Assembly (NCBI RefSeq): GCF_001194135.2
Contig: NC_068990.1
Span: 1,700,991-1,764,897, forward strand
DNA from: Octopus bimaculoides
Lineage: Eukaryota
Length of the DNA stretch: 63,907 nt
Direction of reading: 5' to 3'
Part shown: in pieces, positions 25,712-37,354 of the stretch
How positions within the stretch are numbered: position 1 is the stretch's first letter
Layout of the letters: each line of letters starts with the position of its first letter
Notes under the pieces: model-generated
Databases searched by the model: none
The model's input: the letters and a program-made list of their open reading frames with translations, nothing else
What the model was told of the DNA's origin: nothing
Position numbers and translations under genes: made by a program

Positions 25712-25975
25712 GTTATCATCATTTAACGTCTGCTTTCCATGCTAGCATGGGTTGGACGATTTGACTGAGGACTGCACCAGGCTCCAATCTGATCTGGCAG
25801 AGTTTCTACAGCTGGATGCCCTTCCTAACATCAACCACTCCGAGTGTGTAGTGGGTGCTTTTACGTGCCACCAGCACGAGGACCAGTCAGGCGGTACTGG
25901 CAACGGTCATGCTCAAATGGTGTTTTTTTATGTGCCACCTGCACAGGAGTCACACCAACACCAGTTTTCAAGCAG
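25671..25975 (-). mobile_element. RTE 3'-UTR repeat
   Basis: Long (CAT)n followed by TTTAACGTCTGCTTTCCATGCTAGCATGGGTTGGACG... Confidence 0.85.
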
Positions 25976-26750
25976 TGGTGGTGGTGGTGGGCTTTTTATC
26001 ACACAGCCATGCCTGCACCCTGTATATATATATATATATATATATATATNNNNNNNNNNNNNNNNNNNNNNNNNNNNNNNNNNNNNNNNNNNNNNNNNNN
26101 NNNNNNNNNNNNNNNNNNNNNNNNNNNNNNNNNNNNNNNNNNNNNNNNNNNNNNNNNNNNNNNNNNNNNNNNNNNNNNNNNNNNNNNNNNNNNNNNNNNN
26201 NNNNNNNNNNNNNNNNNNNNNNNNNNNNNNNNNNNNNNNNNNNNNNNNNNNNNNNNNNNNNNNNNNNNNNNNNNNNNNNNNNNNNNNNNNNNNNNNNNNN
26301 NNNNNNNNNNNNNNNNNNNNNNNNNNNNNNNNNNNNNNNNNNNNNNNNNNNNNNNNNNNNNNNNNNNNNNNNNNNNNNNNNNNNNNNNNNNNNNNNNNNN
26401 NNNNNNNNNNNNNNNNNNNNNNNNNNNNNNNNNNNNNNNNNNNNNNNNNNNNNNNNNNNNNNNNNNNNNNNNNNNNNNNNNNNNNNNNNNNNNNNNNNNN
26501 NNNNNNNNNNNNNNNNNNNNNNNNNNNNNNNNNNNNNATCTATATATATACACACATACATATATATATACACACACATATATATCAATACTTGTTGGCC
26601 ACAGTTGGAATGTTTAATATTATATCTGCTTAATAAGGTGGCAAGTTGGCAGGGTCATTAGTGCTGCAGGTGCTTGGTGTTATTTCACCTGTCACTATGT
26701 TCTGAGTTCAAATTCTGTCGAAGTTGATTTTTGCCTTTCATCCTTTTGGA

Positions 26751-26942
26751 GTTGATTAAATAAGTACCAGTTATGCTTTGGGGTTGATTAAATAAGTACC
26801 AGTTACGCTTTGGGGTTGATTAAATAAGTACCAGTTACGCTTTGGGGTTGATTAAATAAGTACCAGTTACGCTTTGGGGTTGATTAAATAAGTACCAGTT
26901 ACGCTTTGGATTTGATTAAATAAGTACCAGTTACGCTTTGGA
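26751..26942 (+). repeat. 32-bp minisatellite x6 inside a family C repeat (host copy 26636-27000)
   Basis: GTTGATTAAATAAGTACCAGTTACGCTTTGGG units start at 26751, 26783, 26815, 26847, 26879 and 26911. Confidence 0.95.
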
Positions 26943-27388
26943 GTTGATGCAATCAACTTAATCACCTCTGCCAATCTGCCCTTGTGGCAAAAATTTGAAA
27001 TCAATATTATATTTGATTAATAAGAGTTGATCAGAAATGAACTGCAATAACAGTCACAAAAGCAACCACTGGGCAATAAGCAAAGTTGACATCAAAAGCA
27101 ACAACAACAATTATAATAATTACGTTAATTGAATACTAATTAGAATAGCAATGATAATTACAACAAAAGAAAACATGCCACCGACAAAAGCAACAACGTC
27201 AACAATTATGACATCAAGAACAAGAACAATAACAGTGTCAAGATACATCAACAGCAACAAAATGAACTACAGCAGCAACACTAACAATATTAATGATACC
27301 ATCACCAGCAACAAAACCAGTGACAGCTACATCAATTGTGTATTAATTAGTAGAAAAGAGATATGTAGTTGATATTAGCAAATAGTAA

Positions 27389-27745
27389 AGGAAACCAATA
27401 GACATCTTGTTATAAGTCTTCACAAATTGCAAGTTATCATGGAGAATTAATTCATTGATTTATCAGAGAAAGTTGTTGCTACTGAGATGTTTAGGATGTG
27501 AAACTATCATGGATTACCCAAATGGAATTGACATTAGTAATGCTGGAAATGTTTTAGTTGGAAGCAGTCATGGTAACTGCTTTCATTGGTTGCTAAACTA
27601 TAATCTGACACAGTTTCTTATAGCAGAATTTCAATGCTTTTACCTCAAAGTCAGCCATTGTTGTCTCATTATACCATATGAAGGTTACATAGTCATATTT
27701 ACTAAAAGTGACCAAAATGTATTTATTCTAGATGCTTCATACCTT
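27389..27745 (+). pseudogene. brat: Decayed fragment of a brain tumor (brat/ncl-1)-like TRIM-NHL gene, C-terminal NHL repeats
   Basis: LRCLGCETIMDYPNGIDISNAGNVLVGSSHGNCFH...LIAEFQCFYLKVSHCC-LIIPYEGYIVIFTKSDQNVFILDASY compares with remembered Brat [35 protein letters not shown]...[40 protein letters not shown]. Upstream RKPIDILL* resembles REPSDIA. There are in-frame stops upstream, a lost Gly codon and apparent compensating indels. Confidence 0.8.
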
Positions 27746-27767
27746 TTACTTGCTTTAGTTAAAAAAA

Positions 27768-27896
27768 CTGTGACCATGCTGGGGCACTGCCTTGAAGAAT
27801 TTTTAGTTGAATGAATCGACCCCAGTATTTATTTTTTAAAGCCTGATGCTTATTCTATTGGTCCCTTTTGCTGAACTATTAAGTTACAGGGATGTA

Positions 27897-27985
<89 letters not shown>

Positions 27986-28137
27986 CAGGGTTCCTTCATT
28001 TTTTTGTCTATCAAATGCACTCATAAGGCTTTAGTCAGCCTGATGTTGTAGTAGAAGACACTTGCCCAAGGTGCCACATAGTGGGACTGAACCCTGAACC
28101 ATGTAGTTGGGGAGCAAGCTTCTTACTACACAGCTAC
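27768..28137 (-). mobile_element. Family A CORE-type SINE with an expanded (CA)n hinge (27898-27982)
   Basis: Tail, ~85 bp CA tract, then GAAGACACTTGCCCAAGG and the head, all in reverse. Confidence 0.85.
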
Positions 28138-28463
28138 TAATAATTATTATAAATGTATGTTACTTTATATATTACAAAGATTTATAAACTTTTAAATCAG
28201 TTCAAATATGTTTGTAACATATTTGATCTGCATAAAGGCCACTATCACTGCAGTTTGCTATGGAGAAAATTTCTTGCTTTAGACAACAGGTGATAAAACA
28301 CTAACAAGCATTTCTGAGCACCCTTTGTGGACCAATGAATGCATTTCAAGCTTGTTAGCTACAAAGATTTATATTTCATTACTTTGTATCATTGATGCAG
28401 AAAAGTTCCTGGCTTTGGGTAAAAGAAAATAGAGGAGACTCAGTTAATTATGATTTTATTCAA

Positions 28464-29284
28464 CTCTCACTCAAGGTAAAAGGCAGACTGTATGACGCAT
28501 GTGTACGAATAGCCATGCTACATGGCAGTGAAACATGGGCTGTGACTGCTGAGGACATGCGTAAGCTTGCAAGGAATGAAGCCAGTATGCTCCGCTGGAT
28601 GTGTAATGTAAATGTGCATACCCGTCAGAGTGTAAGTATCTTGAGAGAAAAGCTGAACATAAGAAGCGTCAGTAGTGGTGTGCAAGAGAGACAATTGCGC
28701 TGGTTTGGACATGTGGTGAGAATGAATGAGGATAGCTGCGTGAAAAAGTGCCACTCCCTAACTGTTGAGGGAACCCGTGGAAGAAGTAGGCCCAGGAAGA
28801 CCTGGGCTGAGGTGGTGAGGCAAGACCNNNNNNNNNNNNNNNNNNNNNNNNNNNNNNNNNNNNNNNNNNNNNNNNNNNNNNNNNNNNNNNNNNNNNNNNN
28901 NNNNNNNNNNNNNNNNNNNNNNNNNNNNNNNNNNNNNNNNNNNNNNNNNNNNNNNNNNNNNNNNNNNNNNNNNNNNNNNNNNNNNNNNNNNNNNNNNNNN
29001 NNNNNNNNNNNNNNNNNNNNNNNNNNNNNNNNNNNNNNNNNNTGTAAGGTTTTCGAGCGAGATCGTTGCCAGTGCCCCTGGACTGGCTCTTGTGCGGGTG
29101 GCACATAAAAGACACCATTTCGAGCGTGGCCGTTTTCGTTAGGAAGGGCATCCAGCTGTAGAAACTCTGCCAAATTAGATTGGAGCCTGGTGTAGCCATG
29201 CGGTTGCACCAGTCCTCAGTCAAATCGTCCAACCCATGCTAGCATGGAAAGCGGACGTTAAACGATGATGATGATGGTGATGAT
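28464..29284 (+). mobile_element. 5'-truncated RTE LINE: end of ORF, 3' UTR and (GAT)n tail (gap inside)
   Basis: LKVKGRLYDACVRIAMLHGSETW...MLRWMC...LRWFGHVVRM...EGTRGRSRPRKTW are the standard RTE post-RT motifs. The tail ends AAACGATGATGAT. Confidence 0.93.
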
Positions 29285-31072
29285 TCCCCTCTCAGATTCA
29301 CACACTTATTGCAGCAGTCCTCCAGTTTTTCTAAGCCCTGTAAAAGAACTTTGAAAGTTGCACCTTCAACCAGGCCTTTCATGATACCCTTAAAGCGAGG
29401 AACTTTTCAGCACCCTTTGTATGTTTATACAAATTTGTGTTGTGCTAAGTTAACTTTGGTACTTGTCAGCTATGATTGATTAGCAGTCCAATGATCAAAG
29501 ATATTCTTATTGTGACCACTGCATCAATTTAAAGTAGCTGTAGAATAATTATCTAGGACTTCATTATAAGCTGACCATGCATCTGTACATGTGTGTGTAG
29601 TCGTACACAATAGCTCTCAAGCAAACTGTTAGCTGCCCATGCATGTATGTTTCTTCTCTCCATGACAACAATGTTTATCTAAAGGAAAGATTGCTGACTT
29701 GATGTAATACAACTTGGCACCAGAACTGTCACTGGCATTGCTGTTAGATTGCAAAGTGCTGGAAACGATACTACAAGGTATCTGTTTTGATGCCCTGACA
29801 TTTCTGCCAATTCCCCACCTTAGATTTGGTACTCTGCTATCATCCTCAAAAGGCTGAAAAGTTGACTGCAATAAGATTGGGACTCAGAGTACAAAGCAAT
29901 TGGACAAATATTGGTTTTAAATTTTGGCACAAGACCAGCAGGTTTGAGGGAGGAGTTTAAGTTGATTAAATCAACCCCAGTGTTCAACTGGTACTTATTT
30001 TATCAACCCCTAAAGAATGAAAAGCAAAGTCAACCCTGGCAGAATTCAAACTCAGAATGTAAAAAAACAGATGAAATACCAAAAGTGTTTCACCTGGCAT
30101 ACAAATGATTCTACCAGCTCACCACCTTCATTGGGACAAATATCCAAGCTCTAATTCTGCTGCCAGAAGCACAGTATTATCTGATATATTTTCCCTTCTT
30201 TTTCTTCTTTTGATTTTTTTTCCCGGACACTAGTGTGCAGTTTGACATAAAATTTAGTCTGCAATTTCTAGCAGGCCATGTACCTACATAGATGACCAAC
30301 TCAGATCATTTGTTATTTTTTTTATTTTTATTTATTTTTATTTTGATATCAGATAAAATTGTAGTTGCTTATTACTCAGAGCAGTGAACTTTATCTTTCA
30401 GCTTTTGTGGAGGTCAGTAAAATAAAGTACAATTCAAGTACAAGTCACAGCATCACCTTAACCCCCTCTCTTTAAAATTGCTGGCTTTACACCTAAATCA
30501 GAATTTTCATAACAGTCACCTTTCTTGCATACACTGTTTCTTCTGATGCCGAGTTCCTTTGTCGGTTTTCTTGTTCTCAGCTCTCAGAGCATAGCCACCC
30601 TTCTACAGTTATTTCATATCTTATTGCCTTGCTTCGCTTCACTACAAAGCTTTGAGAGAAATTAGAGAGAAAAGGAAGGAGAAAGTGTGTAAAATGAAAT
30701 ATTGCATGAATAATGGAATTGGTGATGACTCTTTCATCAATAAGGTGATCGTCACAAGCACATTATGTATCAGCACCTTCACAAACCCAAGCTTTTCATG
30801 TTGCCTGGACTAATTCTCAAAGCCTAATTGATGACAGTGTTTGCAGCTTTAAGGTGCTTGTAATACCGTTCTCACTGATGAATAAAGAAAAAGAAACCAA
30901 CAAAAAAGCCTAAGCAGAAGAAAACAACATATAAGATAGCAGGAAGTGATGCAAGTTGATGTGTGCAACATTTCTTTTTAAATTATCTTAGGAGTAATCA
31001 ACTCCATTTGAACAATTTCTTAATTAAATCCATCACATTATGATTGATTTTTGTTTCTTTTTTGTTTTCTAG

Positions 31073-31157
31073 TTATGATTGGTACTGGCAGAATGCAGAC
31101 AATGAATTTATAGAAGTATGTTCCAAAAGTGGGAAAGTGTTGGCAAATGAATCACTG
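31073..31157 (+). CDS. CFAP65: Internal coding exon B of the CFAP65-like gene
   Basis: Strong acceptor TTTCTTTTTTGTTTTCTAG, donor CTG|GTATGT; 85 nt, phase 2 to 0; only one open frame. The split codon TG|T gives Cys, then YDWYWQNADNEFIEVCSKSGKVLANESL, aligning to remembered CFAP65 LQFEW...AVQPSRGLIQPNERL. Confidence 0.82.
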
Positions 31158-31303
31158 GTATGTTCTTTTCACTTTTGTTTTCTGGCTATTATATCCTTAA
31201 GCTAACAGTTGTAGTCAGAGGACATGGATTTGAAAGGATCAAAGTTCTCTTCATTAAGGTTTAGGGTTAGGGTTGGGGTTAGGATAGGAAACATTGTTTA
31301 GAT

Positions 31304-31654
31304 CAATGTTTCTCAACCATTTTTTTTCTATCTATTGACCCCTTTGATTACTATTTTATTCTGGTGGACACCAATAATTTTATAGAAGCTTCTTTCATAA
31401 TTCCCATTTTGTTTTTCACACAGTAATTTGTGTAAGCTGAACTTTGTAAAATGCTAGAGAAAGAAACTTACATGTACATACATTTAAATACATACATTTA
31501 AAGCAATACATACCTATACATACATTTAAAGAAAATTTTTTCAGGGGCCCTTAAAATACTTTTGTGGATCCTCAGTTTGCAATTTTGTCGCATGGATCCC
31601 ATCAAAATCTATAAACCCTCAGGGGCCATATTGATCCCCAGTTGAAAACCACTG
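31304..31654. mobile_element. hAT (Charlie-like) MITE
   Basis: TIRs CAATGTTTCTCAACC and GTTGAAAACCACTG; 8-bp flanks GTTTAGAT and GTTTAGGG (6/8 identical), close to the NTCTAGAN target preference. Confidence 0.75.
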
Positions 31655-31909
31655 GTTTAGGGAGAGAACATACCACTCTCGTGGGTGGGAGTCATTGCTC
31701 GTATGGAGAGCAACCAAATACAAAAAGTACTCTTTTATAGGAAGCTAACATATAGCTGGCATTCTTAAAGAGACCAAAACAAGAGATATGAGAACATCTT
31801 GAAATCCCACCTCAAATCAGGTGATATCTTCACAGATGATTGGGAAGGTCTGTACTTATTCACTTCAAAGTGGTAACCGAAAAGTTATGTCTGAATAAAG
31901 GGATTTGAA

Positions 31910-32340
31910 CATCATCATCATCATCATCATCATTTAACTTCCGCTTTCCATGCTAGCATGGGTTGGACGATTTGACCGAGGACTGGCAAGCCAGAAGGCT
32001 ACACCAGGCTCCAATCTGATCTGGCAAAGTTTCTACAGCTGGATGCTCTTCCTAACACCAACCACTCCGAGAGTGTAGTGGGTGCTTTTACGTGCCACCG
32101 GCACGAGGGCCAGTCAGGCGATAATGGCAACGGCCACGCTCAAAAATGTGTTTTTTACATGCCACCTGCACGGGAGCTAGTCCAGGGCACTGGCAATTAT
32201 CTCGCTTGAATGATTTTCTAATGTGCCACCAAAACAAGTGCTAGAAGGCAATGCTGGTAACGATTATGCTCCAATGGTGCTATTTACGGGCCACTAGCAC
32301 AGAAGCGAGACAGCTGCTCTGGCAATGAACATGCTCAACA
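31910..32340 (-). mobile_element. RTE 3'-UTR repeat, long copy
   Basis: (CAT)n tail, then the conserved 3' block and internal TTTTTACGTGCCACC-type repeats. Confidence 0.88.
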
Positions 32341-32932
32341 GCCATATTAATCAGTTACATGACTGTCATACATCTTACTATGCTAAAATTTTAGACAAAC
32401 TCATCACATGTAACAAATACATCTGTTTGATCTCTCAGCATCAACACCAGAGACAGATATGTCTAGTTATTTGTTGCTGATGTTAAAGCAACAAAAAAAT
32501 TTATTTAATGTATAGACAAAGTGAATCCATGAGGTCATGATGACTTAGTTTATTATTATATTGCATGTGTATGTGTGGATATGTATACAAGTTGTGTCTG
32601 TGTGCAGATATGCTTGTCTGAGTGTATGTGTGTCGCTTTTGGAACTTGATTTAAATTTCATGATAAAAATTGAAATTATTAAAATTCAGTATCTGCTATT
32701 TTAATTGTGAATGATAAGTGAATGTATTTTAACTTCATCTGTTTTTCCTGTTTATACAAATTTGCTTCCCCCATTTTTTCACCCTCTCTGTATGTGAGTC
32801 TGTGTGTGTGTGTGTGTGTGGGTGTGTGTGCGTGTGTGTGCGTGCGTGTGTGTGTGTGAGTGTGCGTGCACGTGTATATACACATATACTCATAAATACA
32901 TATGCACACATACATATATTTATATATATGTA

Positions 32933-33096
32933 GGTGCAGGAGTGGTTGTATGGTAAAAACTTGCTTCTCATCCGCATGGTTCCTGGTTCAGTTCCACTGC
33001 ATGGCACCTTGGGCAAGTGTCTTCTTCTATACCCTTGGGCCGACTGGAGCCTTGTGAGTGAATTTGGTAGACACAAACTGAAAGAAGCCTATTGTC

Positions 33097-33135
<39 letters not shown>

Positions 33136-33352
33136 TTGTGTGTCTGTGTTTGTTCCCCACCATTGCTTGATAACTGATGTTGGTGTGTTCGCATCTCTAT
33201 AACTTAGTGGTGTGGCAAAAGAGACTGATAGAATAAGTACTAGGCTTACAAAGAATAAGTCCTGGGGTCAATTTGCTTGACTAAAGGCGGTGCTCCAGCA
33301 TGGCCACAGTCAAATGACTGATATAAGTAAAAGAATAAAGGAATAAAAGAAT
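32933..33352 (+). mobile_element. Full-length family A CORE-type SINE
   Basis: GGTGCAGGAGTGGTTGTATGG head, GGTTCAGTTCC B-box-like, CCTTGGGCAAGT CORE-like block, (TA)n(TG)n hinge, tail ending (AAGAATAA)n. Confidence 0.88.
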
Positions 33353-33553
33353 ATATTTATATACATACGTACACACATACATACATACATACATACATAC
33401 ATACTTACATATATATATTTACACACACACACACCCATATATGGATCTATGAGTGTGTATATATAAATATATATACATATATGTGTGTAGATATATATGT
33501 ATATATATATACATATATGTATGTGTATTGTGTATATATATATTTATATATGC

Positions 33554-33605
<52 letters not shown>

Positions 33606-34990
33606 ATATATATNNNNNNNNNNNNNNNNNNNNNNNNNNNNNNNNNNNNNNNNNNNNNNNNNNNNNNNNNNNNNNNNNNNNNNNNNNNNNNNNNNNNNNN
33701 NNNNNNNNNNNNNNNNNNNNNNNNNNNNNNNNNNNNNNNNNNNNNNNNNNNNNNNNNNNNNNNNNNNNNNNNNNNNNNNNNNNNNNNNNNNNNNNNNNNN
33801 NNNNNNNNNNNNNNNNNNNNNNNNNNNNNNNNNNNNNNNNNNNNNNNNNNNNNNNNNNNNNNNNNNNNNNNNNNNNNNNNNNNNNNNNNNNNNNNNNNNN
33901 NNNNNNNNNNNNNNNNNNNNNNNNNNNNNNNNNNNNNNNNNNNNNNNNNNNNNNNNNNNNNNNNNNNNNNNNNNNNNNNNNNNNNNNNNNNNNNNNNNNN
34001 NNNNNNNNNNNNNNNNNNNNNNNNNNNNNNNNNNNNNNNNNNNNNNNNNNNNNNNNNNNNNNNNNNNNNNNNNNNNNNNNNNNNNNNNNNNNNNNNNNTT
34101 TTGCACACTTCTCCATCTGACTGTGTCCTTCAGAGAATTGGAAGGAATAATTTTTTTGCCATTGAATATATCTTTAATTCAACCATTATTTTCTGTTCAT
34201 GTATTCTTCTGAGAGAGAATTCTTTTTAAAGTTGCAGTCTATATGTTCTTGCGTTAAGCAATTAGAGAGAAATATCTTTTTATTTATTTATTATTTAAAA
34301 AAAAATTTTTGGAAAGTTTTATTGCTACCGCGATTGCATCTGTGCCAAAATATCATTTGAAAAGGTTGGAATGACATCAAAATTTAAAAATAGTTTGGAT
34401 GTCATATTGAAATTAATGAAACGAGTCACAAGAGTGAAGGTTGCGGTTGATGTTGTTATTGTTGTCATCGTCATCTGTTGTCTGTGAATTCTGCCATCAT
34501 TATCATTGACGTTTAGGCATAAATCTACTTTAAAAAAGTGGCTGACTTCTGTCGTGCAGTTTGCTGGTTGAACAAGGTTGTGTGATCCACAAATCTGTTG
34601 CCAAGGTGCCAGTTGGATATAATTATAAAGAAGAATTTTTTCTACTAACTTCAGCAGCTCATGTAAATGTTCCTTCCTTTACTGTGGCTTTTACAGAAGC
34701 AACTCTCTCTAACTTGATAGCTGGATGCCCTTCCAAATGGCAACCACTTTACAGTGTGGACTGGATGCTTTTTATGTGGCAGCAGGACTGGTAGGGTCAC
34801 CAAGTAACTCGTAAGACAAGGGATTTTGAGATGGGAAGGGGGGGGGGCATTTGAAGAAGAGAACTTGTGTCAGAGGATGAAAGCTTAGAGTGTGATAGAG
34901 AGACAGAGAGGCAGAAACAGGTGTCTTGTTATAATGGAGGGGACATTGGAGGAGGTGATCCGATGAAAGAGAAAGAGAGAAGAAAGATAA

Positions 34991-35023
<33 letters not shown>

Positions 35024-35238
35024 ATAGAGAAAGAGAGGGAGAAGAAGGGAGATAGATGTACAAGAAGGGAGACAGAAACAGGTGTGTTGATGTAAAGGAG
35101 ACACTTAGTTACCTAGTCAGAGGGAAAACAACAGAAAGAGAGAGAGTGATCGAGATTGAGGGCAGAAATAGGTGTACTGCTGTAGAGGAGATACATGGCT
35201 ACCCAGACAGAGGGACGAGAGATAGAGTAGGAAATATA

Positions 35239-36529
35239 TCCGGTCATTAAGAATGAAATGTCCGATTTTGAACTGAAAGTTTATTTTGACTTATCTCAAC
35301 AAAGAGCAATGCAGTTAATCAAAGTATGCACCTAAATTATCAACACATGTTTGCCATTTTATCGGTAGCTTATTTTTGCCAGCACTGAAAAATTCTGGAG
35401 AGCAAGAAGTGATGAAATCATGAAAGGCTGTTTTTACATCTTCTTCAGATTTGAAATTTTTTCCTTGCAAAAAGTTGTCTAATGCCTGGAAAACATGTCA
35501 GTCAGTTGGTGCAAGGTTTGGTGAATATGGTGGATGACAGAGTACTTCTAAGATCAGTTCCTGTAACTTGAGTAGCGTTCTTTGTGCAATATGTGGTCAA
35601 GCATTGTCTTGCAAGAGAATCGGCCTGTTTCTATTGACCAATCTTAGTTGTTTAATTGCAAGTTCACTCATCATTTCACCTAATTGGCTGATGTATACAT
35701 CTATTGTAATTGACTTACCAGGTCTCATGAATCTGTAATAGATGACCCCACCCTGGGACCACCAAACAGACATCATTAGCTTCGTTTGGTGAATATTCTT
35801 GTTTGGATTGTATTTTGGCACTTTATCTCTATCCAACCACTGTGCACAATGCTTGCTATTGCTGAAAAGAATCCATTTTTCATCACATGTAACAATATGA
35901 TGCAGAAATAATTCACTTTTATTATGCTGTGACAGCAAAGAACAGCAAGTTTCAAGATGACATGTCATTTGATGCTCGTTTAGTTTGTGTGGCACCCACT
36001 TGTCCAGCTTCTTTACCATGCTGATTTGTTTCAGATGGTCCAATACAGTTGGAATCAAAACATCAAACCTTGCTGCTAACTCACATGTAGTTTGAGGTGT
36101 ATCCATTTCCATTACAGTTTCCAGCTCATCATTATCCACCTTGGTCTCAGGTCTATCATGGGTCTAATTTTCAAGAATAAAGTCACCAGACCAGAACTTC
36201 TCAAACCATTGTCATACAGTGTGCTTGCTCATCTGCCGCATTTTCACCAAACACCTCATTGATCTTTTGAGTTGTCTGGGATGCACTGGTTCCACAATGG
36301 AACTCATATTCATAAACAACACAAATTTTTTATCTATCCATGGGCTCACAAAAATTGATTTACAAGAGAAAACTCACAATTATAATCAGACACCGAACTG
36401 CATTTCGAAAAGTGATGATGTAATTCTTGAATGCTGTAAAACAAAGAATTGTCAGGATAAAACATTAGAGTCAACAACGTTCAAACTTGGTGCATAAGAA
36501 AACCGGATATTTCATTCTTAATGACATGA
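35239..36529 (-). mobile_element. Full-length (1291 bp) inactivated D,D34D mariner transposon
   Basis: TIRs TCCGGTCATTAAGAATGAAATGTCCGATTTT and the complement of TCATGTCATTAAGAATGAAATATCCGGTTTT, each flanked by TA. The transposase has WVPHKL, TCDEKW, QDNA*PH and YSPNLAPTD with 34-residue D-D spacing; it contains stops and frameshifts. Confidence 0.95.
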
Positions 36530-37109
36530 TATTGTAATCACAATAATTTGGCTAACCCAACATCCTATGTAATTCCATATAATAGTGTAAATATATTACT
36601 GATATGATAACACCATCATTAAACGTGAAGTTGAAGTTACTGTGAATGAATTTGATAACTGATATCCAAACTTACGATGGATGAACATTGTCAGAGATGT
36701 TTGAAAGCATAACATGAGATACGTCCTTTAATGAGTGCAAATATTTGAGAATAATGGTATAAAGTACTACCAACCAAACCCATCCACCCATCCATACTGA
36801 CAACCACACACATACATAGAAACATAGAAACATGCATCTGCAGTGTTCGTTAGCAGTTCTCAGTATTTCACAGGCATAATACATTTAACAGGGATCCCCA
36901 ATCGACTGAAAATTTATCTGAAGCACCGTTTCTATTTTGTATCACATTGAAATATTGATTATTACATCCACATACTCTGCTATGAACATATACACATACA
37001 AACACATGCACACACACACAAATATATGCACACGCATTTATACACAAACAAACACACACACACACACATATACACATACAGACATATATACACACACACA
37101 TAATATGTC

Positions 37110-37354
37110 CCGCTAAGTTACGGGGACATAAACACATAAACATTGTTTGGCAAGCGATGGTAGGGAGACAAACACAGGCACACACACACATGATAGGCTT
37201 CTTTCAGTTTCTGTCTACCAAATCCACTGACAAGATTTTGGTCGGACCAAGGCTATAGTAGAAGACACTTGCCCTAGGTGCCATACAATGGTACTGAACC
37301 CGGGACCATGTGTTTGGTAAGCAAGCTACTTACCACACAGCCACTCCTGTGCCT
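37110..37354 (-). mobile_element. Family A CORE-type SINE, tail truncated
   Basis: Reverse copy of head, CORE and part of the tail. Confidence 0.85.

Noticed and set aside
26751-26942. CRISPR-like regular 32-bp repeats
   Set aside because: There are no spacers; this is a pure tandem repeat within a SINE in a eukaryotic genome.
36676-36730. Minus-strand GTAAGT donor with an upstream AAG acceptor
   Set aside because: Weak acceptor, unrecognisable peptide, no compatible partner exon identified.
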